The position numbers and the translations under genes were made by a program. A model generated the notes under the pieces. The model did no database searches and had not been told where the DNA came from. It worked only from the letters and a program-made list of their open reading frames with translations. From Candidatus Nanoarchaeia archaeon (GTDB lineage Archaea > Nanobdellota > Nanobdellia > Pacearchaeales > GW2011-AR1), in NCBI GenBank assembly GCA_028711165.1, contig JAQTST010000001.1:300520-364519 (forward strand): a stretch of DNA of 64,000 nt. The letters are read 5' to 3'. Position 1 is the first letter of the stretch; each line of letters begins with the position of its first letter. Positions 16,116-23,513 of this stretch are shown in pieces.

Positions 16116-16431
16116 GGGGGGGAAAAAAATAAAAATCTCTGCCGAAGACTGCAACAATTTTGAAAAGTTTACCGGATTAATGTTTTCCCGACGGGAAAAA
16201 GCAAAAATTTTGCTTTTCAATTTCAAAAGAAAACAAGAAATAGCAATTCATTCTTTTTTTGTGTTCTACAAATTCCTTGCTGTCTGGCTTGACGATAAGA
16301 ATAATGTCATTGACACCAAAATTGTAAAGCCATTTACTTTTTGTGTTTTCCCGTCGAGACCTGCATTTAAATTAGTTGAAATTCCGATAAATCAAAATAA
16401 TAGGAATATAATTTCATTTTTCCGTCGGTGA
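16054..16431 (+). CDS. DUF192 family protein
   Basis: GLMFSRRE...LLFNF...FVFYKFLAVWLDDKNNVID fits the DUF192 (COG1430) pattern. The start is uncertain, because the ATG at 16054 overlaps the upstream gene by 62 nt. Confidence 0.55.
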   Translation: MPNTKRKKRKKLRSKKLIIGEGGKKIKISAEDCNNFEKFTGLMFSRREKAKILLFNFKRKQEIAIHSFFVFYKFLAVWLDDKNNVIDTKIVKPFTFCVFPSRPAFKLVEIPINQNNRNIISFFRR

Positions 16432-16492
16432 GACGAAACATTTAAATATATATTCGACGATATATTTATTAAAATCTGAAAGGAGGTGAAAA

Positions 16493-16648
16493 ATGGGAAA
16501 AATTGTTGTTCACAAAGTAATCAAAAGAAAACCAGGACATCTTTACTATGTTGACGGAGCAGGAAACGTATGTGAAGCTGTAATGGCTAGGGGCGGAAAA
16601 AGAAAAAAAGGCGCAAAGAAAACTACAAAGAAAAAGAAAAGAAGATAA
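16493..16648 (+). CDS. Small basic protein (51 aa), not in the ORF track
   Basis: Strong SD AGGAGGTGA 4 nt upstream. My translation: MGKIVVHKVIKRKPGHLYYVDGAGNVCEAVMARGGKRKKGAKKTTKKKKRR. Confidence 0.55.
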   Translation: MGKIVVHKVIKRKPGHLYYVDGAGNVCEAVMARGGKRKKGAKKTTKKKKRR

Positions 16649-16689
16649 TCATATCAAATTTTTATTTTTTTATTTTAATTAATTTTCAA

Positions 16690-16808
16690 AAGACACCTTA
16701 TCGGTTTCTTTTGTAAGCTTCCCTTTAAATTTGGGTCACGCCTGTGTAAGACACCTAATCGGTTTCTTAACATTCAACTTCCCTTTAAATTTGGGTCACG
16801 CCTGATAA
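16690..16808 (+). repeat. Two tandem 58-nt copies of the intergenic repeat (AAGACACCTnATCGGTTTCTT-n7-9-CTTCCCTTTAAATTTGGGTCACGCCTG)
   Basis: The units start at 16690 and 16748. They are upstream of kae1. Confidence 0.9.
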
Positions 16809-16836
16809 CAAATTCTAATTTTTTTATTTACAATAA

Positions 16837-16844
16837 TTTATAAG
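16837..16844 (+). promoter_or_regulatory. TATA-like box (TTTATAAG) 29 nt upstream of kae1
   Basis: Spacing rule. Confidence 0.45.
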
Positions 16845-16865
16845 TATTTATTTATTGAAAAATGT

Positions 16866-17858
16866 ATGACAATTGTTTTGGGAATAGAATCGACAGCACA
16901 TACTTTTGGAATTGGAATTGTCCGCAATGGAGAAATTTTGTCGAATGTAAAAAAGACTTACACGACGGAAAAAGGCGGGATAATTCCTTCTGAAGCGGGA
17001 AAACATCATCGGGAAAATAAAGAAAAAATTTATTTTGATTCTCTTGCTAATGCAGGAATTAACGAGAAGGACATTGATGCAATTGCTTTTTCCCAGGGGC
17101 CCGGACTTTCTCCCTGCCTGCTCGAAGGAATAAGATTTGCAAAAGAACTTTCTGAAAAATTAAAAAAACCGATTGTTCCTATCAATCATTGTATTGCTCA
17201 CTTGGAGATTGGAAAAATTACCGGAGCAAAAAATCCTGTAATGCTTTACACGTCGGGGGCAAACACTCAGATAATTGCTTACTCGTCGGGAAAATACAGA
17301 ATATTCGGAGAAACTTTGGATTTGGGGGTTGGGAATTTTATTGATACTTTCGCACGGCTGATTGGGGTTGGGTTTCCGGGAGGACCTGCAATTCAAAAAT
17401 TAGCAGAACAAAGTAAAACTTACATTGAACTTCCTTATGTTGTCAAGGGAATGGATATTTCTCTCTCGGGGATTTTAACTAACTTAAAACAGAAATTTGA
17501 ATCTGGAAAATACAAGACAGAAGATTTGTGTTATTCTCTGCAGGAAACTGTTTTCGCGATGCTGGTTGAAACTGCAGAAAGAGCTTTGGCTCATACAGGA
17601 AAAAAAGAATTGCTTCTGGGCGGGGGAGTTGCATGCAATACACGACTACAGGAAATGTGCAGAATAATGTGTTCGGAAAGAGACGCGAAATTATTTGTTC
17701 CTCCTCGTGAAGTTCTCGTCGATAACGGTGCAATGATTGCATATCTTGGAGAAATAATGTCTAGGAGTGGAATAAAAATCTTGGGAAAAGAAATTGAGAA
17801 ATTAGATATAAAACCTCGGCAACGTACAGATGAAGTTGAAGTTGATTGGAAAGATTAA
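16866..17858 (+). CDS. kae1: tRNA N6-adenosine threonylcarbamoyltransferase Kae1
   Basis: GIESTAHTFGIGIV N-terminus, HCIAHLE metal-binding motif, and an ASKHA fold length of 330 aa. No fused Bud32 domain. Confidence 0.9.
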   Translation: MTIVLGIESTAHTFGIGIVRNGEILSNVKKTYTTEKGGIIPSEAGKHHRENKEKIYFDSLANAGINEKDIDAIAFSQGPGLSPCLLEGIRFAKELSEKLKKPIVPINHCIAHLEIGKITGAKNPVMLYTSGANTQIIAYSSGKYRIFGETLDLGVGNFIDTFARLIGVGFPGGPAIQKLAEQSKTYIELPYVVKGMDISLSGILTNLKQKFESGKYKTEDLCYSLQETVFAMLVETAERALAHTGKKELLLGGGVACNTRLQEMCRIMCSERDAKLFVPPREVLVDNGAMIAYLGEIMSRSGIKILGKEIEKLDIKPRQRTDEVEVDWKD

Positions 17859-18199
17859 CCTTTTGTCAATAGAGATTCAATTCCTTGTTTTTTTGCTAAT
17901 TCTAAATCAGGAATTTTTTTTGAGATAAATTCGATTATATCTTCGGGTAGAAAATTTAAGAGGTAAGAACATGTTAAATACTTACATGCACTTTCAAGGC
18001 TGTACCCTTCGCTAGTCTTTTCCACTAGAACCTTCATTTGTGGATGCTGCTCATTAAATTTATTCAATAATTTATACCCTTCTTCATATTCTTCCGACGG
18101 AGCAAAAGTGAAAAAGTTTGATATTGCTTTTACTGAGTAAAAAACCATAGTCTTACTTATCTCATCTTTTAATTCCTGCAGAGATTGTGATTCTTTCAT
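17855..18199 (-). CDS. Hypothetical protein (114 aa)
   Basis: ORF only; overlaps the kae1 stop by 4 nt, convergent. Confidence 0.4.
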   Translation of the reverse strand: MKESQSLQELKDEISKTMVFYSVKAISNFFTFAPSEEYEEGYKLLNKFNEQHPQMKVLVEKTSEGYSLESACKYLTCSYLLNFLPEDIIEFISKKIPDLELAKKQGIESLLTKG

Positions 18200-18280
18200 T
18201 TTTAGAAGATATTTTATTCTCTTATAAATTTTATTATACTCATCAAAATGTTTATAAACCTCTTTTTTCTTCAGTTTTCA

Positions 18281-18379
18281 TCCGATGAACGAATGCGAGG
18301 ACGAAAGATTTCGCGAAGCTAGGGTCAGTGATGAATGAGCGGGGTCTTGAGCTTTTACTTTATTCTCGGAATTATTCAC
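18281..18379 (+). promoter_or_regulatory. Unusually long, GC-enriched candidate 5' leader of rpl7ae with GAUGA motifs (possible K-turn autoregulatory element)
   Basis: The nearest good TATA box (TTTATAAA, 18251..18258) lies ~129 nt upstream of the ATG. The leader contains CCGATGAA and GTGATGA (18328..18334) and local stems (GCGA/TCGC, GAAGCT/AGCTTT). Confidence 0.3.
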
Positions 18380-18682
18380 ATGGCAGACATATACAAAATC
18401 GTTGAAAAAGCAAAGAAAACAGGCAAGATTGAAAAAGGCACAAACGAAGTTACAAAAGCAATCGAGCGGGGAACTGCAAAACTTGTAGTTTATGCTGCTG
18501 ACGTCGAGCCGAAAGAAATCGTCCAGCATTTACCTATTCTATGCAAAGAAAAAAAAGTTCCGTGCCACGAAGTTGACAGCAGACAAAAGTTAGGACTTGC
18601 TGTCGGAATTGCTGTACCTGCATCTTCTGTAGTTGTAATAAATGCCGGAGAAGCCGAATCTGAAATCAAGGCTTTGAAATAA
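18380..18682 (+). CDS. rpl7ae: Ribosomal protein L7Ae
   Basis: [44 protein letters not shown]... is canonical L7Ae. I moved the start from 18335 to the ATG at 18380. Confidence 0.9.
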   Translation: MADIYKIVEKAKKTGKIEKGTNEVTKAIERGTAKLVVYAADVEPKEIVQHLPILCKEKKVPCHEVDSRQKLGLAVGIAVPASSVVVINAGEAESEIKALK

Positions 18683-18683
18683 A

Positions 18684-18863
18684 ATGGAAAACAGATATTC
18701 TATAACTTGCAATTATTCTAACAAATGTTCTTTAATCCGTTCTAAAAAAGATTCAGACTTCCGTGAATTAGTCAAGAAAAATTGTTCTGATTCTTCATGT
18801 GAATGTTCAGAGAAAATTTCTATAATTGGCAATAGTATTAAACAAGTAATATACAGGAATTAA
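18684..18863 (+). CDS. Small Cys-containing hypothetical protein (59 aa), not in the ORF track
   Basis: Fills the L7Ae-S28e gap exactly (starts 2 nt after the L7Ae stop and ends 1 nt before the S28e ATG). Translation: [59 protein letters not shown]. Confidence 0.4.
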   Translation: MENRYSITCNYSNKCSLIRSKKDSDFRELVKKNCSDSSCECSEKISIIGNSIKQVIYRN

Positions 18864-18864
18864 T

Positions 18865-19143
18865 ATGAAACAAAAAGCACAGGATGTACAACAGGCTCCA
18901 AGAAAAGACAGAATTATGGGCGAAGTAGTCTCTGCTGTCGTCGAGGAAATTATTGGAAGAACAGGATTCAGGGGAGAAATCACACAGGTTAAAGTTTTAG
19001 TTCAGGGCGGGAGAGACAAAGGAAGAAGCATGAGAAGAAATGTCAAGGGCCCAATAAGACCTGGAGATATTTTAATGTTAAGAGAAACAGAAATTGAAGC
19101 AAGAAAAATTCGTTCTAAAGTTTCAAAGGGGGCGTATAGTTAA
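18865..19143 (+). CDS. rps28e: Ribosomal protein S28e
   Basis: [18 protein letters not shown]...[24 protein letters not shown] is the S28e signature. Confidence 0.9.
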   Translation: MKQKAQDVQQAPRKDRIMGEVVSAVVEEIIGRTGFRGEITQVKVLVQGGRDKGRSMRRNVKGPIRPGDILMLRETEIEARKIRSKVSKGAYS

Positions 19144-19144
19144 A

Positions 19145-19348
19145 ATGGAATTAGAACAAAGAATACTTGAAGAAGCATTAAAGGGGGTAAATGAGTTAGA
19201 AGAGAATACAGAATCTACTTTTAAAATTGATAATTTAAATAATCATGAAGCGGCTTGTTTGGTTGCTATTTATCTTTCAAATTATGACTGGAAACTAGAG
19301 TATGGGACATTAGTAGTATCTAAATCAAAAATAAATCAAAAAAAATAA
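19145..19348 (+). CDS. Hypothetical small protein (67 aa) between S28e and L24e
   Basis: The ATG at 19145 directly follows the S28e stop, and the ORF ends 1 nt before the L24e ATG. Confidence 0.4.
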   Translation: MELEQRILEEALKGVNELEENTESTFKIDNLNNHEAACLVAIYLSNYDWKLEYGTLVVSKSKINQKK

Positions 19349-19349
19349 A

Positions 19350-19535
19350 ATGCCTAAATGTGTTTATTGCGGAACAGTGTATGAACCTCCAAGAGGACTT
19401 ACTTTTGTAACTAAAGACGGTACTCCAAAATATTTGTGTTCTTCAAAGTGCAGAAAAAATATGTTCATGAAGCGAAGAAAAGTTAATTGGGTTCGAAAGT
19501 CTGAAGAGATGAAATCAAAAATAAAGAGAACCTAA
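19350..19535 (+). CDS. rpl24e: Ribosomal protein L24e
   Basis: MPKCVYCG...YLCSSKCRKN zinc-ribbon L24e pattern. Confidence 0.9.
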   Translation: MPKCVYCGTVYEPPRGLTFVTKDGTPKYLCSSKCRKNMFMKRRKVNWVRKSEEMKSKIKRT

Positions 19536-19583
19536 GTTTCTCTTTATCAAACTCTCCTTTAAATTTGGGTCACGCCTGATAAG
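19536..19583 (+). repeat. Intergenic repeat copy (GTTTCTCTTTATCAA...AATTTGGGTCACGCCTGATAAG)
   Basis: Near-identical to 11185..11232. It ends 20 nt before the TATA box of paralog B. Confidence 0.85.
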
Positions 19584-19603
19584 AAAAATAATTTTCAATA
19601 AAA

Positions 19604-19611
19604 TATAAAAA
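19604..19611 (+). promoter_or_regulatory. TATA box (TATAAAAA) 29 nt upstream of pilin-leader paralog B
   Basis: Promoter block conserved with 13320 and 21037. Confidence 0.6.
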
Positions 19612-19632
19612 CCCATTCTCATTATTTTAATA

Positions 19633-21012
19633 ATGAATAATAAAAAGGGGTTATCGACGATTATCATAACTTTGATTTTAATTCTTGTCTCGCTAGTTGC
19701 AATCGGGATTTTTTGGGTTGTTGTGAATAATTTAATTAAAGGAGGGACAGAAAATATCAGCGGGTTGGGGAGATTCACACTCAGTGCCGAGATTAAAGGT
19801 GTCAGCATCGATAACTCATCAAATGAGATTACCTTGAGTGTAGAAAGAAAAGCTGGAGCTGGAGAGATGGCGGGAATAAAATTTATTTTTTACAGTGATA
19901 CAGATACAGAAATTGTTACTGAAGATATTGAACTCGAAGAATTAGCGCAAAAACAATTTACTTTTCATCTGGTAATGAATGTTAACGATGTAACAACAAT
20001 TTCAATTGCACCAATTTTCAGTTCCGGCGGAGAGGATAGTGTTGGAAATGTTCTTGATACTTATAATCTTGAAGAAGAAGGAGTTACTCCTCCTTGTACG
20101 CCAACAACAAATCCCTGCGGGACTGCTGTCTGTGGAAATGTTGCAAACGGAACCTGTGGAAGCATCAGTTGCGGAACTTGTTCGGGAGGACTAAGTTGTG
20201 TTGCAGGACAATGTGTTGCTGGTTGTACTCCTTCATCATGTGATTCTCTCGGATATAATTGCGGAGGACCTTACACCAATGGAACCTGTCCAGGAACATT
20301 TAGTTGCGGAACTTGTTTAGGAGGACAAACTTGTGTTGGTGGGCATTGTCAGACTAGCAGTTCTGGTTTATATGCATATTATCCGTTTAATGGAAATGCA
20401 AATGATGAAAGTGGTAATGGATACGATGGAATTGTTAATGGGGCTGATTTAACGACAGACAGAGATGGAAGTCCTAATAGCGCTTATTGGTTTAATGGAA
20501 TTACCGGAGGAGATAGCATTCTAGTTGGGACAGGAACAGAATTTTCAAATGTGTGCAATAATGGATGCACTTTTAGCACATGGATAAATGGGAGCGATGT
20601 AATACCTGGTTATATGGGTTCAATTATTAGCAAAAGCCAATGGGGGGTAGATTTTTTTAGTTTAGGTTATGATATTTGGGGCAGAGGAATCTTTACTATC
20701 AGCAGCAATGGAGTACAATCAGATACTACTTATTGTTCAGAATTTCAATCTGGATTTGTATATAATACATGGACTCATATAGCAGCGACATATAATGGAA
20801 GTGCAATAAGAGTATATTTCAATGGGGTGGGGGGAACAATTAAAATTTGTAATTTTACAAGTATCAACCAATCAGCATGGGCTGTTTCACAAAACACTTA
20901 TATTGGAATGGCTAGTGATAGCACCTATAATACAAATGGAACAATAGATGATTTAAGAGTTTATAATCGAACTTTAAGCGAAAGTGAAATATTGGCTTTG
21001 TATAATGAATAA
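19633..21012 (+). CDS. Surface protein: class III signal peptide module, Cys-rich repeats, LamG/concanavalin A-like lectin domain (paralog B)
   Basis: MNNKKG/LSTIIITLILILVSLVAIGIFWVVV. C-terminal LamG_3-like pattern: LYAYYPFNGNANDESGNGYDG...WTHIAATYNG...IDDLRVYNRTLSESEILALYNE. Confidence 0.75.
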   Translation: MNNKKGLSTIIITLILILVSLVAIGIFWVVVNNLIKGGTENISGLGRFTLSAEIKGVSIDNSSNEITLSVERKAGAGEMAGIKFIFYSDTDTEIVTEDIELEELAQKQFTFHLVMNVNDVTTISIAPIFSSGGEDSVGNVLDTYNLEEEGVTPPCTPTTNPCGTAVCGNVANGTCGSISCGTCSGGLSCVAGQCVAGCTPSSCDSLGYNCGGPYTNGTCPGTFSCGTCLGGQTCVGGHCQTSSSGLYAYYPFNGNANDESGNGYDGIVNGADLTTDRDGSPNSAYWFNGITGGDSILVGTGTEFSNVCNNGCTFSTWINGSDVIPGYMGSIISKSQWGVDFFSLGYDIWGRGIFTISSNGVQSDTTYCSEFQSGFVYNTWTHIAATYNGSAIRVYFNGVGGTIKICNFTSINQSAWAVSQNTYIGMASDSTYNTNGTIDDLRVYNRTLSESEILALYNE

Positions 21013-21036
21013 TTCTCTTTTAATAAAATATAAAAT

Positions 21037-21044
21037 TATAAAAA
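21037..21044 (+). promoter_or_regulatory. TATA box (TATAAAAA) 29 nt upstream of pilin-leader paralog C
   Basis: Promoter block conserved with 13320 and 19604. Confidence 0.6.
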
Positions 21045-21065
21045 CCTGTTCCTGTTATTTTAATA

Positions 21066-23444
21066 ATGAATAATAAAAGGGGTTTATCAACGATTATCAT
21101 GACTTTGATAATAATTCTCATTTCACTAGTTGCAGTTGGAATTTTCTGGGTTGTCGTAAACAATTTAATCAAGGGAGGAACAGAGGAGGTTAGTTTCGGG
21201 AGATTAACTTTAAGTGCAGAAATTAAAGGAGTTGATATCGAGAATTCTTCCAACAATGTGAGTTTATTAATCAAAAGAAATGTTGGTGAAGGAGATATTA
21301 CAGGAATGAAGTTTATTTTTTACAGCGACGATAAAAATGAAATCGTCGAGCAGGAAATCCAGCTTGAAGAACTTGAACAAGAAAGTTTTACTTTCCATCT
21401 TACGATGAATGTTTCACTTTTAACAAAAATTTCAATTGCACCAATTTTCAGTTCCAGCGACGGTAAAGAGAGTGTAGGAAATATTGCAGACACGTTTGAT
21501 GTCAAAACCGGGACGAGAATTGTGATTCCACCGTCGGGATGTACGCCCACAACAAATCCATGCGGAAGCAGAATCTGCGGAAATATTGCAAACGGAACCT
21601 GCGGAAGCATCAGCTGCGGAACCTGTTCAGTAGGAACCTGCAACTCAACAGGACAATGTGCAACAAGCTGTGTACCGACGACATGTGAAGCATTAGGACA
21701 CAATTGCGGAAGCGGTTATGCTAACGGGACATGTGCAGGAACTTTAGACTGCGGAACCTGTTCGGGAGGACAAACTTGCGTTGGTGGAACTTGTTCTGGT
21801 GGGGCGGGATATACCTGCGGAAATAATATCGTCGAGCCCGGAGAAGCATGTGACGGAACAAATCTTTCTGGTTACACCTGTGCAACAGTTGCAGCAGGAT
21901 TTGCGTCGGGAAGTTTAAGCTGCAATTCAAACTGCAGAAGTTATGTCACAACCTCATGTGTTGCAGGAAATACTATCAACGCTGCTTCATGTTCTCAGAC
22001 AGATGTTCAGGCAGCAATTAATTCTGCCAGCGACGGAGATATTGTTCAAGTTCCTGCAGGAAGCTGTACTTGGACGAGTCCTGGAGATTACCAGGCAAGA
22101 ATTACAATTACAAAATCTATTCTCTTACGTGGAAACGGTCAGGATTCTACAATAATTAATTCAGATAATGCACGTCTCTTTAGTATCACTGGCAATGGCA
22201 AAAGTTTTAGAATGACTGGAATTGGTTTTACAGGTACTATAGGAAGTACGGGTGTTGCTCTTATTTGGATTAACGGATTTTTTTCTTCATTAAGAGTAGA
22301 TCATTGTAACTTCTTTAATTTGAATGGTAGAGACTTTATGGTCGGTTATTATACCCCCGGAACAACTAATCCTGCAATAACTGGTTTATTCGATCATATT
22401 AATTTTACTAATACTCAGGCTGCTGTTCCATTTATGATGTATTATGGTAGATCTGATTCATGGTTATATCCTGATGATTTGGGAACTAATAATGCTCTTT
22501 TCATCGAGGATAGCAGCTTTAGATGGGATGTTGTGGATGGTTCTAATGATATGGTATCTGATGCAGAACATGGAGCGAAAGTCGTCTTCCGTTATAATAA
22601 TATAACTCACGGTTTTATTGGGTGGCACGATACCGGTTCAACTCCTCAATCAAGAGGAACCAGATTATTCCAATTATATAATAATAATTTCTTTTGCCCC
22701 GCAGGAGTTTCAGACTGCGGTTGGCGAGCTATGTTGCTTAGGGGAGGAACTGGTGTTATTTATAATAATGTAATCCCAATTTATCCCACAGGTTATGAAT
22801 TTCCTTCAGCTACACAAATTTTCCGTAGTACTCAGTTAGGAGGCAGACCTTGGAGAAATTATTGTGATGGAACTACTGAGAGAGTATGCAGTGACTTTAT
22901 GTCTCATTGCAATGGCGGAGATTATAGATCTTGCGAGGGAGATTATATGTGTGCCGGCGTAGGAGACGGAACTTGTTCTATTGATCAATGTACACAGGAT
23001 AGCCAATGCGGAAGTGGAAATACTTGTCTTGCAAAATTCGACGGGCAACTTGATTCATTCGGATGGCCTTGCAGAGATCAAATTGGGAGAGGGCAAGATG
23101 ATTCTATTACTCATGTTCAGGCAAGTTCACCTGTTTACTGGTGGAATAATAAAAAACAATCTGACAATAGCCAGTTAGCACTTTATGTTGCAGTCAGAGG
23201 TGCTACTCCCGAAGATACAGATTATATCAAACCTAACAGAGATTATTATACTTACACTTCTGGTTTCACAGGAGCAACAGGCATGGGAATGGGTTTGAGA
23301 AGTGCTCGCCCTGCAACCTGCACTACTGGCGTCGGATATTTTGCAACTGATGAAAATACTTTATACACCTGCACGTCGACAAATACATGGAATCTGCATT
23401 ATGCTCCTTTTCCATATCCTCATCCAATTAGTTTAATTAATTAG
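21066..23444 (+). CDS. Surface protein: class III signal peptide module, Cys-rich repeats, divergent beta-helix-like domain, Cys-rich insert (paralog C)
   Basis: The first ~335 aa are near-identical to paralog A at DNA level. It then diverges and re-converges at the C-terminus (YPHPISLIN). Confidence 0.75.
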   Translation: MNNKRGLSTIIMTLIIILISLVAVGIFWVVVNNLIKGGTEEVSFGRLTLSAEIKGVDIENSSNNVSLLIKRNVGEGDITGMKFIFYSDDKNEIVEQEIQLEELEQESFTFHLTMNVSLLTKISIAPIFSSSDGKESVGNIADTFDVKTGTRIVIPPSGCTPTTNPCGSRICGNIANGTCGSISCGTCSVGTCNSTGQCATSCVPTTCEALGHNCGSGYANGTCAGTLDCGTCSGGQTCVGGTCSGGAGYTCGNNIVEPGEACDGTNLSGYTCATVAAGFASGSLSCNSNCRSYVTTSCVAGNTINAASCSQTDVQAAINSASDGDIVQVPAGSCTWTSPGDYQARITITKSILLRGNGQDSTIINSDNARLFSITGNGKSFRMTGIGFTGTIGSTGVALIWINGFFSSLRVDHCNFFNLNGRDFMVGYYTPGTTNPAITGLFDHINFTNTQAAVPFMMYYGRSDSWLYPDDLGTNNALFIEDSSFRWDVVDGSNDMVSDAEHGAKVVFRYNNITHGFIGWHDTGSTPQSRGTRLFQLYNNNFFCPAGVSDCGWRAMLLRGGTGVIYNNVIPIYPTGYEFPSATQIFRSTQLGGRPWRNYCDGTTERVCSDFMSHCNGGDYRSCEGDYMCAGVGDGTCSIDQCTQDSQCGSGNTCLAKFDGQLDSFGWPCRDQIGRGQDDSITHVQASSPVYWWNNKKQSDNSQLALYVAVRGATPEDTDYIKPNRDYYTYTSGFTGATGMGMGLRSARPATCTTGVGYFATDENTLYTCTSTNTWNLHYAPFPYPHPISLIN

Positions 23445-23513
23445 ATAATTTTCCTCGACAAAAAACATTTAAATAGTTACACTACCAACATTCTTTTAAT
23501 TTAGAGAGGTTGA

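Noticed and set aside
16111-16130. G7A8 run (GGTGAGGGGGGGAAAAAAA) as a programmed frameshift site joining 15714..16115 and 16054..16431
   Set aside because: The two ORFs belong to unrelated, normally separate families (HExxH peptidase and DUF192). A fusion product has no precedent that I know of, so this is more likely an overlap or an alternative start.
15696-16226. 176-aa minus-strand ORF
   Set aside because: It is antisense to two recognisable + strand genes (the HExxH peptidase and DUF192). Its F/L/K-rich composition is typical of AT-rich antisense frames.
16690-16808. Tandem 58-nt units considered as a mini CRISPR array
   Set aside because: There are only two units. The variable segment is 7-9 nt, far too short for spacers, and the same element occurs singly elsewhere. 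No cas genes are present.
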